Below are positions 40,112-48,648 of a stretch of 52,940 nucleotides of DNA, piece after piece. Origin of the DNA: a virus (Duplodnaviria; Caudoviricetes); IMG/VR virus record IMGVR_UViG_3300048587_001100, positions 1 through 52,940 of that record, one strand, 5' to 3'. The notes below the pieces were generated by a model, which had not been told where the DNA came from, ran no database searches, and saw nothing but the letters and a program-made list of their open reading frames with translations. Numbering within the stretch: position 1 is the stretch's first letter; every line of letters starts with the position of its first letter. The position numbers were made by a program, and so were the translations under genes.

Positions 40112-42408
40112 AGTTTGACCCACGCCAACTTCGTGTCGCTGAACTCGTGCGGCTCCTGAACGCCACGCCGCTGGGCGAGGTGGTGCAGCCGCATGTGGTC
40201 TACCGGCATCTGAACCGTGCCGCCTACAAGATCGGTGACGGCCGTCGCATCGACCTGGTGCGGTACGCCGCGTGGCTGTTCCACGCTCGCCAGGAGCTGT
40301 TCGAGCCGGGTTGGACGGAGGGCGATCCGGCCAACTACGCCCGGCACAAGGAATCGGTCAATGCACGTGGCCGCGCGATGAGCGAATCGTCGCGCGACAT
40401 CTCTGCTGAAGGCTGGGTCCACGCGCCGGTCAATCCAGCCCGCAAGGACTCCTGCCGCCAGAGTTTCCGGGGGTTCTGTGAGCAGTACTTTCCGCAGACG
40501 TTTCATTTGCCCTGGTCGCAAGACCACCTGACGGTCATCGCGAAGATCGAGCATGCGGTGCTGGAAGGCGGACTCTTCGCCATGGCCATGCCTCGTGGCA
40601 GCGGCAAGACAAGCCTCTGCGAGACAGCATGCCTGTGGGCATTGCTTTACGGCCATCGTGAGTTCGTGGCGCTCATCGGCAGCGACGAAGAACACGCCGC
40701 CGACATGCTCGATTCGATCAAGAGCGAGCTTGAGAACAACGACCTGCTCGATGAGGACTTCGCGGAAGTGACGGGCCCGATCCGCGCCTTGGAGGGGATT
40801 CATCAACGTGCTACGGGTCAGCTCTACCGCGGCGCTCGCACCCATGTGGGCTGGACGGCGCGGGAGATCATCTTGCCCACGATCGAAGCATCGGCCGCGG
40901 CAGGCGGGATCATCAAGGTCGCGGGCATCACTGGTCGCATCCGCGGCATGAAGCACAAACGCGCCGATGGCAAGACGACGCGTCCGTCGTTGGTGCTACT
41001 CGATGATCCGCAGACCGACGAATCAGCGCGGTCGCCGGCCCAGTGCGCCACGCGCGAGCAGATCCTCTCCGGCGCGATTCTGGGTCTTGCCGGACCTGGT
41101 CGCAAGATCGCGGGGCTGATGACGCTCACCGTGGTTCGGCCCGATGACATGGCGGACCGCATCCTGGACCGGGAGAAACACCCGCAGTGGCAGGGGCAGC
41201 GCACCAAGATGGTCTACCAGTTCCCGGCCGCGGGAAGTGACGGTGAAAAACTGTGGGCTCGCTACGCCCAACTGCGGGCCGAAGGCCAGCGGAACGATCG
41301 CGGCACCCAAGAGGCGACCAACTTCTACCGTGATCATCGGGTCGAGATGGACACCGGCGTCGTGGTGGCCTGGCCGCAGCGCTACAACCCCGATGAACTG
41401 AGCGCCATCCAGCACGCGATGAACCTCAAGCTCGACCACGGCGAAGCCGCCTTTTGGGCCGAATACCAGAACGAGCCCCCGGAAGTGGACCAGGGCGACG
41501 ACGTTCTCGATCCGCAGGTCATCGCCGCCAAGACCAACGGGATGAAGCGGGGCGAGGTGCCCATGGGCGTCAATCACCTGACGATGTTCATCGACGTTCA
41601 GGGAACGGCATTGTTCTGGATGACCTGCGGCTGGGAAGAGGATTTCACGGGCTACGTGCTGGACTACGGGACCTACCCCGATCAGAAGCGGGGGTACTTC
41701 ACGCTGCGCGACATTCGCCGCACGTTGCTTTCGGTTCACCCGGGCAGCGGTGCCGAGGGCAGCATCTACGCCGGGCTGCAGACGCTGCTCGAGCAACGTC
41801 TCACGCGGCGATGGCGACGTGACGACGGGGCGGAGATGGCGATCGATCGCTGCCTGATCGACGCCAACTGGGGCAACTCCACGGACGTGGTGTACCAGTT
41901 CTGCCGGCAGAGCCCACACGTCGCGGTTCTCATGCCCAGCCATGGCCGCTACGTGGGCGCGTCGAGCGTTCCGTTCGCCGACTACAAGCCCAAGCGGGGC
42001 GATCGTGTCGGCCTGCATTGGCGCGTGCCCAACGTCCAGGGACGCCGGGCGGTGCGCTATGCCCTCATCGATACGAACTACTGGAAGAGTTTTGTGCACG
42101 CCCGGCTGAGCGTCCCTATGGGCGATACGGGTTGTTTGTCGCTGTTCATGCCGGGCAGTGGAAGCGATCACCGTTTGTTGTCGGAGCACCTGACCGCGGA
42201 GTACCGGGTGCGGACGGAGGGCCGGGGTCGGCAGATCGATGAGTGGAAGCTTCGCACCCCCGGCAGAGACAACCACTGGCTGGACTGCCTGGTGGGCTGT
42301 GCGGTGGGCGCCAGCATGCAGGGCTGCGTGGTGTTCGGGACCGACACCAAGCGCGACCTGCACCGGCCACGCCTCAAGCTCTCGGCTCTGCAGAGGAGGA
42401 AGCGATGA
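40108..42408 (+). CDS. Terminase large subunit (GpA-type)
   Basis: MPRGSGKT, LVLLDDPQ, MFIDVQ, DNHWLDC; TTG start overlapping the upstream stop. Confidence 0.9.
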   Translation: MKFDPRQLRVAELVRLLNATPLGEVVQPHVVYRHLNRAAYKIGDGRRIDLVRYAAWLFHARQELFEPGWTEGDPANYARHKESVNARGRAMSESSRDISAEGWVHAPVNPARKDSCRQSFRGFCEQYFPQTFHLPWSQDHLTVIAKIEHAVLEGGLFAMAMPRGSGKTSLCETACLWALLYGHREFVALIGSDEEHAADMLDSIKSELENNDLLDEDFAEVTGPIRALEGIHQRATGQLYRGARTHVGWTAREIILPTIEASAAAGGIIKVAGITGRIRGMKHKRADGKTTRPSLVLLDDPQTDESARSPAQCATREQILSGAILGLAGPGRKIAGLMTLTVVRPDDMADRILDREKHPQWQGQRTKMVYQFPAAGSDGEKLWARYAQLRAEGQRNDRGTQEATNFYRDHRVEMDTGVVVAWPQRYNPDELSAIQHAMNLKLDHGEAAFWAEYQNEPPEVDQGDDVLDPQVIAAKTNGMKRGEVPMGVNHLTMFIDVQGTALFWMTCGWEEDFTGYVLDYGTYPDQKRGYFTLRDIRRTLLSVHPGSGAEGSIYAGLQTLLEQRLTRRWRRDDGAEMAIDRCLIDANWGNSTDVVYQFCRQSPHVAVLMPSHGRYVGASSVPFADYKPKRGDRVGLHWRVPNVQGRRAVRYALIDTNYWKSFVHARLSVPMGDTGCLSLFMPGSGSDHRLLSEHLTAEYRVRTEGRGRQIDEWKLRTPGRDNHWLDCLVGCAVGASMQGCVVFGTDTKRDLHRPRLKLSALQRRKR

Positions 42409-42638
42409 CCCCCGCCCCCGGAAGCCCCACCCCCGCCCCCGGAACCTCCGGAAGCCCCGGTGAGCAATCGGCTGGCTTTGAGTGCCGCCGCTGTGGCTGT
42501 TGTCACTTCCACGTGGTTTACACACGACCGCTGGAGCGCGGCATCACGCGCGTGAGGGCCTGCCGTCATTGCGGGATGCGGATCGTCACCCGCGAAACCC
42601 TGCTCGGCGAGCCGTCACGGGGTCAGTACCGGCGCTGA
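42405..42638 (+). CDS. Small zinc-ribbon protein (NrdR-N/Ogr-like)
   Basis: CRRCG...VVYTR...RVRACRHCG...TRE; GAGGAGG SD. Confidence 0.75.
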   Translation: MTPAPGSPTPAPGTSGSPGEQSAGFECRRCGCCHFHVVYTRPLERGITRVRACRHCGMRIVTRETLLGEPSRGQYRR

Positions 42639-42717
42639 AGTACACCGGTGTAACAAACCTCTTCATTCCGTTGTGCCCGCGCGGCATGAACCGCTCGGTG
42701 CTGACACATCTTCAGTG

Positions 42718-42933
42718 ATGCCGCTGCCACTACCCATCGTGCCGAAGACGGGTCCTCTGCTCACGGAGTTGCGCTTCGTGAAGCCGCAGGACCGTGACGA
42801 TGCCGTCCAGGAAGCCTGGCTGGCCCACTTGGAAGGGCGGAACCCTGCCCGCGCTGTGGCCACGTATGCCCAGCGCTTACGACGGGACCGTCAGCGCACG
42901 GTGGTGAGTTCGGCAGTGACGGACCTGATCTGA
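42718..42933 (+). CDS. Small protein with a sigma region-2-like motif
   Basis: DRDDAVQEAWLAHLE; TGATG-coupled to the next gene. Confidence 0.5.
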   Translation: MPLPLPIVPKTGPLLTELRFVKPQDRDDAVQEAWLAHLEGRNPARAVATYAQRLRRDRQRTVVSSAVTDLI

Positions 42934-43130
42934 TGTCCGAACCACTGGACGAGGCGATCAAGCAGAACGCTCAGGGCCCCAAGCGGGCCAAGGGCGATAG
43001 CTCCGAGATGGAGCAGCACTCGCTGCAGGACCAGATCGCCGCTGACCGCTACCTCGCCAGCAAGGGCGCCACCAAGCGCAAGGGCTTGGGGGCCATCTTC
43101 AAGAAGCTCATCCCGCCGGGAACCGTTTGA
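42933..43130 (+). CDS. Head-completion protein (lambda gpW position)
   Basis: 65 aa directly before the portal; GPKRAKGD...EQHSL.DQIAADRYL. Confidence 0.75.
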   Translation: MSEPLDEAIKQNAQGPKRAKGDSSEMEQHSLQDQIAADRYLASKGATKRKGLGAIFKKLIPPGTV

Positions 43131-44638
43131 TGTTTCGTTGGCTGCGCAACCTCGCTTCGACCACTCAACCCCAGCGGGCCCCGCGCCCGTCGGGTGTTGC
43201 GGGATTGCGGATTGTGCGTGCCGGTTCCACTCGGTCGCTCAAGGCGCGTTACGACGCGGCCGTGACCAACAGCGACAACCGCCGTCACTGGTCCAACGCC
43301 GACGGCCTTTCCGCCAACGCCGCCAACAGCCCCGAGGTGCGGCGCGTGCTGCGCAACCGGGCGCGATACGAGGTGGCGAACAACTCGTATGCCCGCGGCA
43401 TCGTGCTGACCCTGGCCAACGATGTGATCGGCACCGGGCCGCGGCTGCAGATGCTGACCCCCGACCCCACGGCGAATCGCACCGTTGAACTGGCATTTGC
43501 CGAATGGTCCGACGCCGTGGGGCTTGCCTCCAAACTCCGGACGATGCGCATGGCTCGCGCTGACTCCGGTGAAGCATTCGGCATCCTGACCAGCAACCCC
43601 GGTGTGTCATCGCCTGTGCAACTGGACCTGCGGCTGGTCGAGGCGGACCAAGTCGCCTCGCCGCTGGGATTGGCACGTCTGGGACAGCCGGTAGACGGCA
43701 TCGTGTTCGATCGCTTCGGCAACCCGGTCGAGTACCACGTCCTGCGTCAGCACCCCGGTGACGGCGCCTCGCTGTCCCGATCGGCCGCCGACTTCGACCG
43801 CATCCCCGCACCGGGGGTGCTGCACTATTTCCGGGGGGATCGGCCTGGGCAGGCGCGGGGCATCCCCGACATCACGCCTGCTCTACCCCTGTTCGCGCAA
43901 CTGCGGCGCTACACGCTGGCGGTGATCGCCGCGGCCGAGACTGCCGCCGACTTCGCGGCTGTGCTCTACACCGACGCGCCGGCCAACGGCGAAGCCGACC
44001 CCGTCGAGCCGATGGACCTGGTCGAACTCGAGCACCGCATGGCCACCGTGCTGCCCGGCGGTTGGAAGCTGGGCCAGGTGACGGCCGAGCAGCCGGCGAC
44101 CACGTATGGGGAGTTCAAGCGCGAGATCCTCAACGAGATCGCCCGCTGCCTGAACATGCCCTACAACATCGCCGCAGGCAATTCCTCGGGCTACAACTAC
44201 GCCTCCGGACGGCTCGATCACCAGACCTACTACAAAGCCATTCGCGTCGAGCAGCACCACCTGCAGACCACGGTGCTGGACCGCCTCCTGCGGGCCTGGC
44301 TGGACGAGGCCACGCTGGTGGAGGGCCTGCTGCCGCAGTCGATGCGGACCCGCGACGCCGGCGCCCTGCACTTCGCCCACACCTGGTTCTGGGACGGCCA
44401 CGAGCATGTGGACCCGGCCAAGGAGGCCAGCGCTCAGGCCACGCGCCTGTCGAACCACACCACGACCCTGGCCGTCGAGTACGCCCGCCAAGGACGTGAC
44501 TGGGAAGAGCAGTTGCGTCAGCGTGCCGCCGAGGTGGCGCTCATGCGCGAGCTCGGCCTGAGCCTGGCCGATGCGCAACCCCAAGTCGATCCCAATGAGG
44601 AGGAGGACTCCGATGTCCCGACCCGTCAAGCCGCTTGA
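43130..44638 (+). CDS. Portal protein, lambda family
   Basis: YDAA, LRNRARYE..NN, RPGQARGIP, NYASGR, HVDPAKE. Confidence 0.92.
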   Translation: MFRWLRNLASTTQPQRAPRPSGVAGLRIVRAGSTRSLKARYDAAVTNSDNRRHWSNADGLSANAANSPEVRRVLRNRARYEVANNSYARGIVLTLANDVIGTGPRLQMLTPDPTANRTVELAFAEWSDAVGLASKLRTMRMARADSGEAFGILTSNPGVSSPVQLDLRLVEADQVASPLGLARLGQPVDGIVFDRFGNPVEYHVLRQHPGDGASLSRSAADFDRIPAPGVLHYFRGDRPGQARGIPDITPALPLFAQLRRYTLAVIAAAETAADFAAVLYTDAPANGEADPVEPMDLVELEHRMATVLPGGWKLGQVTAEQPATTYGEFKREILNEIARCLNMPYNIAAGNSSGYNYASGRLDHQTYYKAIRVEQHHLQTTVLDRLLRAWLDEATLVEGLLPQSMRTRDAGALHFAHTWFWDGHEHVDPAKEASAQATRLSNHTTTLAVEYARQGRDWEEQLRQRAAEVALMRELGLSLADAQPQVDPNEEEDSDVPTRQAA

Positions 44639-46631
44639 TGATGCCCAGCGCACCCTGGCCTTGTCGGCCGAAGCTCGCATCGAGTTGGAAGCCGGCGGCG
44701 ATGGTGCCGATGCCCAGCCCCGCATCCCGCGCTTCCGCATGGTGGCGTACACCGGCGTGCCCATGCGCATTGCCGCCTGGCGATACCCGGTGATCGTGGA
44801 TTTGGCGGGCCTGCACATCCCGTCGCAGGCCCGGCCGATCCGGTTCAGCCACGACCCCGGCGCCGGCATCGGCCATACCGACAGCATCCGCATCGAGTCC
44901 GGCCAGCTCGTCGCCACCGGCCTGGTCTCGCGTGACACGGCCATTGCCCGCGAGATCGTCGCCTCGGCCAAGAACGGATTCCCGTGGCAGGCCTCCATCG
45001 GCAGCAGCGTGGAAGAGTTCGAGTTCGTCAAGGACGGGCAGAACGTCCTGGTCAACGGCCAGAGCTTCAAGGGTCCGCTCAACGTGGTGCGGAAGGCCAC
45101 GCTGGGCGAGATCAGCTTCGTGGACCTGGGCGCCGACGGCGCCACCACCGCCAGCATCGCCGCGCAACAGCGGCAGGAGTCTACTGACATGAGCGTTGCC
45201 AACGACAACAGCAAGGTTCAGGACCAAGTTACCGCTGCCGCGGCTGACCCTGCAAGGGTGGAGGCCGCCGCCCCTGTGACCGCCACGACTGACGATCCCG
45301 TTGCCCAGATGCGTACCCAAGCGGCTGCCGAGTCGGCCCGCATCGCCGCGGTGCGGAAGCTGTGCGTCAAGCACCCCGACGTGGAAGCCACGGCCATCGC
45401 CGAAGGCTGGGACATCAACCGCACCGAACTGGAGGTGCTGCGTGCGTCGCGTCCGGCGGTGCCGCACATGATCACCGGCGCCTCGACCGCCAGCGCGATG
45501 AACGGCGGCGCCACCAGCCAGATGCTGGAGGCGGCCTGCATGCTCACGGCCGGCCTGGGCAACCTCGACAAGCTGTTCGACGAGCAGACGCTGGACGCCG
45601 CGTCGAAGCGGTTCCGCGGCGGGATCGGGCTGCAGGAACTGCTGCTCGAAGCGGCCTGGGCCAACGGCTACAGCGGCCGCAACTTCCGCGATAACCGATC
45701 CGTGCTGCGCTTCGCCTTCGGCCACGACATTGCCGCTGCTGCGTCCACCATCGACATCGGCGGCATCCTGTCCAACGTGGCCAACAAATTCCTGCTGGAG
45801 GGTTTCTTCAGCGTCGAGCGCACCTGGCGGAACATCACCGCCGTCCGCAATGTGTCCGACTTCAAGACCGTGACCAGCTACCGGCTGATCGGCAAGGACC
45901 AGTACGAGAAGGTGCTGCCCGGCGGCGAGCTCAAGCACGGCACGCTGGGCGAGCAGAGCTACAGCAACAAGGCCGACACCTACGGCCTGCTGCTGAGCAT
46001 CGACCGCCGCGACGTGATCAACGATGACCTCGGAGCCATCACCACCGGGCCCCGGAAGCTGGGGCGGGGTTCGGGCCTGAAGATCAACGACGTCTTCTGG
46101 GCCGAGTTTCTCGCGAACTCGAACTTCTTCAAGACCGCCAACAAGAACTACCTCGAGGGCGCCGACACTGCCCTGGGCATCGACGGCCTGACCAAGGCAG
46201 AGGTGGCGTTCCTGGACCAGGTCGATCCCGACGGCAAGCCGATCGGCGTCATGCCCGCGATCGTCTTGGTGCCCACGGCGCTCAGCGCCATCGGCACGCA
46301 GCTCTACAAGTCGTTGGAGCTGCGAGAGACCACCAGCAACGCCAAGTACCCGGTGGCCAACCCGCACCAGGGCAAGTTCCGCGTCGAGGTCAGCCGCTAC
46401 CTGGCCAACGCGCTCTACACCGGCAACTCGGCGAAGGCCTGGTACCTGCTGGCCGACCCCAACGACCTGCCCGTGATCGAGGTGGCGTTCCTCAATGGCC
46501 AGGAGTCGCCCACCATCGAAACCGCCGAGGCGGATTTCAATGTGCTGGGCGTGCAGATGCGGGGCTACCACGACTTCGGTGTGGCCCTGCAGGAACCCCG
46601 AGGTGGCGTGAAGGCCAAGGGCGAAGCGTAA
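44613..46631 (+). CDS. Prohead protease-scaffold-major capsid fusion (Mu gpT-like capsid)
   Basis: Protease AYTG...H...WQASIG...EISFV.LGAD; capsid VSDFK, GELKHG, AFLNGQESP, HDFG. Confidence 0.88.
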   Translation: MSRPVKPLDDAQRTLALSAEARIELEAGGDGADAQPRIPRFRMVAYTGVPMRIAAWRYPVIVDLAGLHIPSQARPIRFSHDPGAGIGHTDSIRIESGQLVATGLVSRDTAIAREIVASAKNGFPWQASIGSSVEEFEFVKDGQNVLVNGQSFKGPLNVVRKATLGEISFVDLGADGATTASIAAQQRQESTDMSVANDNSKVQDQVTAAAADPARVEAAAPVTATTDDPVAQMRTQAAAESARIAAVRKLCVKHPDVEATAIAEGWDINRTELEVLRASRPAVPHMITGASTASAMNGGATSQMLEAACMLTAGLGNLDKLFDEQTLDAASKRFRGGIGLQELLLEAAWANGYSGRNFRDNRSVLRFAFGHDIAAAASTIDIGGILSNVANKFLLEGFFSVERTWRNITAVRNVSDFKTVTSYRLIGKDQYEKVLPGGELKHGTLGEQSYSNKADTYGLLLSIDRRDVINDDLGAITTGPRKLGRGSGLKINDVFWAEFLANSNFFKTANKNYLEGADTALGIDGLTKAEVAFLDQVDPDGKPIGVMPAIVLVPTALSAIGTQLYKSLELRETTSNAKYPVANPHQGKFRVEVSRYLANALYTGNSAKAWYLLADPNDLPVIEVAFLNGQESPTIETAEADFNVLGVQMRGYHDFGVALQEPRGGVKAKGEA

Positions 46632-46694
46632 TCGCCCTCGCCTGATACGACGCGTTCGCATCTCCCACACTGGCATTCACGAAGGATTCTTCCC

Positions 46695-47027
46695 ATGCCC
46701 GCAATGTTTGTTCAAGACGGCCGCTTCATCGACCACACCCCCGACACCGATCTGATGGCCGGTGCCGTTGTCGTGCAAGGCGATCTGGTTGGCGTCACCG
46801 TGCGCCCAATCCCGGCCAACACCGGTGGCAGCCTAGTCCTTGAGGGAATCTTCGACTTCCCCAAGGCGGCCGGCGCCGGCTCGGCGATCGCCAAGGGCGT
46901 CAACGTCTACTGGCACGCCGACACCCAAACCGCCAACACCACCGCGTCCGGCGGCAAGCTGATCGGCAAGTCCGTTCAGCCGACAACCGATGCCGACACC
47001 ACTGTTCGTGCCCGGCTCTCGCAGTAA
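46695..47027 (+). CDS. DUF2190 capsid cement/decoration protein
   Basis: FVQDG..IDHTP...AG.VVVQG.LVGV...GIFDFPK. Confidence 0.85.
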   Translation: MPAMFVQDGRFIDHTPDTDLMAGAVVVQGDLVGVTVRPIPANTGGSLVLEGIFDFPKAAGAGSAIAKGVNVYWHADTQTANTTASGGKLIGKSVQPTTDADTTVRARLSQ

Positions 47028-47043
47028 TCAAGGATGCGCTGTC

Positions 47044-47430
47044 GTGGCCGATCTGCTCGCCCAAGGCAATGCCTGGCTCGAGGACCAGCGGCATCGCTAC
47101 CTCACCCTGACGGTGACGTACCGCCGCGGCGACCAGAGCGTGCAAGTGCAGGCCACGATCGGGCGCACCATCTTCCGACTCGATGCACCCAGTGACGGGT
47201 TCGGCGTCACGACCCGGTACGTCAGTCGCGACTACCTGGTCCGGGCCACGGACCTGGTGCTCAACGGTGAGCAGACGCTGCCGCAACGTGGTGACCAGAT
47301 CGTGGAGGCTTCCGGGGGCGGAACAGTGCATGAGGTGATGGGCCCGGGCGGCGGCGAGCCGGACTGGCGCTTCAGCGACCCGCAGCGATTGACGCTGCGG
47401 ATTCACACCAAGGAGATCCCAGGGCCATGA
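47044..47430 (+). CDS. Head-tail joining protein
   Basis: VTYRRG...ATIGRT...PQRGDQI...RIHTK; position. Confidence 0.7.
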   Translation: MADLLAQGNAWLEDQRHRYLTLTVTYRRGDQSVQVQATIGRTIFRLDAPSDGFGVTTRYVSRDYLVRATDLVLNGEQTLPQRGDQIVEASGGGTVHEVMGPGGGEPDWRFSDPQRLTLRIHTKEIPGP

Positions 47431-47678
47431 GCGACGACGAGAAGAAGCGCTGGAGCGTGGCCCTGGTGGGTCTGCTGCTGACCTGGTCGGCCACGATCGT
47501 CGGGGCGGTATGGGCCGCGTCCGCTGATCGCACCAGCCTGGTGCGGCAGGTCGATGCCACTGCCGCGCGGGTCGATGACCACGAGGCCCGGCTCCGCGCC
47601 ATTGAGAAGCAGACCTCCGAGATCGCGGCCGATGTCCGGTGGATTCGCAACAACCTGCCTGGCCGGAGCAACCCGTGA
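47427..47678 (+). CDS. Small membrane protein (TM helix plus coiled coil; holin-like)
   Basis: One hydrophobic helix followed by RVDDHEARLRAIE. Confidence 0.6.
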   Translation: MSDDEKKRWSVALVGLLLTWSATIVGAVWAASADRTSLVRQVDATAARVDDHEARLRAIEKQTSEIAADVRWIRNNLPGRSNP

Positions 47679-48118
47679 GCGTGATCACGGACATCGCCGA
47701 CGCGGTGGTGGCGGATTTGAACGTCGCCGCCCCCACACTGATCCCGGGCGGTTTCGTGGCCGAGCGCCACTACCGACCGGTGGTGGACCTGCGGGAGTTG
47801 GCGGAACTCAAGGTCACGGTCGTCCCACGCGGGGTGACCATCACGCCGGCGAATCGAGCAGGCAATCAGCACGACGTGCAGATCGACGTGGCGGTGCAGC
47901 AGAAGGTCAACGACGCGGATCAGGCGAGCTTGGATGCGTTAATGACGCTGGTCGAGCGGATCGGGCAGTTCTTCTCGCGCCGGCGACTGAGCGGCGTCCA
48001 GGCTGTCTGGACGAAGACGGAGAACAAGCCCATCTACTCGGCTGAGCACTTGGAGCAGTTCCGCACGTTCACCAGTGTCATCACCCTCACCTGGAGGACC
48101 CCCGGGGTAGCCCAATGA
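47675..48118 (+). CDS. Putative tail terminator/neck protein
   Basis: GTG start coupled to the upstream gene; position; IDVAVQQK...FTSVITLT. Confidence 0.65.
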   Translation: MSVITDIADAVVADLNVAAPTLIPGGFVAERHYRPVVDLRELAELKVTVVPRGVTITPANRAGNQHDVQIDVAVQQKVNDADQASLDALMTLVERIGQFFSRRRLSGVQAVWTKTENKPIYSAEHLEQFRTFTSVITLTWRTPGVAQ

Positions 48119-48375
48119 ACAACGTCATTCTTCGCAAGGTGGTGGTGACCACGGCGTGGCAGCCGCTCTCGGCGAGCAAGCTGGTGGCCTCGGTGACGAT
48201 CAGCACGCCGCCGACGAATGCGGCCACCGTGCTGTTCCGCACCAAGGCGGAACCGGCGCATGAGGTGCCGTGGGTGCCCGGCGAGTGGCACGATTTTCAA
48301 CGGGTGAACCTCGCGAACATCGAGGTCAAGGGCGCGGCGAACGATCTGGTCACGCTCACGGGTGGAACTTGGTGA
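48115..48375 (+). CDS. Small beta-rich virion protein
   Basis: 86 aa, coupled within the structural operon. Confidence 0.65.
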   Translation: MNNVILRKVVVTTAWQPLSASKLVASVTISTPPTNAATVLFRTKAEPAHEVPWVPGEWHDFQRVNLANIEVKGAANDLVTLTGGTW

Positions 48376-48378
48376 ACC

Positions 48379-48630
48379 ATGGGCTACTACGGCAGTGGAT
48401 CGACAGGCGGTGGCACTGACCACACGCACCCCAACAAGGCGGTGCTGGACCAGTTGACCAGTGCCGGCAGCGGCCAGGTGATCACCGAAATTGAGCGGCA
48501 GGCCATCGGGCGCTTCGCCGCAGGCGAGACAAACACCTGGTCCGGCACGGTGCCGACCACCACGGATGAGGCGATCGAGCGGATCGCCCGGTTACTGAAG
48601 CAACACCTCGGGATGCAGATCCCCGAGTAA
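48379..48630 (+). CDS. Small virion/fibre-associated protein
   Basis: HTHPNKAVLDQL fibre-type motif. Confidence 0.65.
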   Translation: MGYYGSGSTGGGTDHTHPNKAVLDQLTSAGSGQVITEIERQAIGRFAAGETNTWSGTVPTTTDEAIERIARLLKQHLGMQIPE

Positions 48631-48648
48631 CGAACGGAGTGAAAAGTC

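Noticed and set aside
42408-42458. Short tandem repeat ACCCCCGCCCCCGGAA
   Set aside because: Two copies encoding a low-complexity TPAPGS linker; no sign of a regulatory role.
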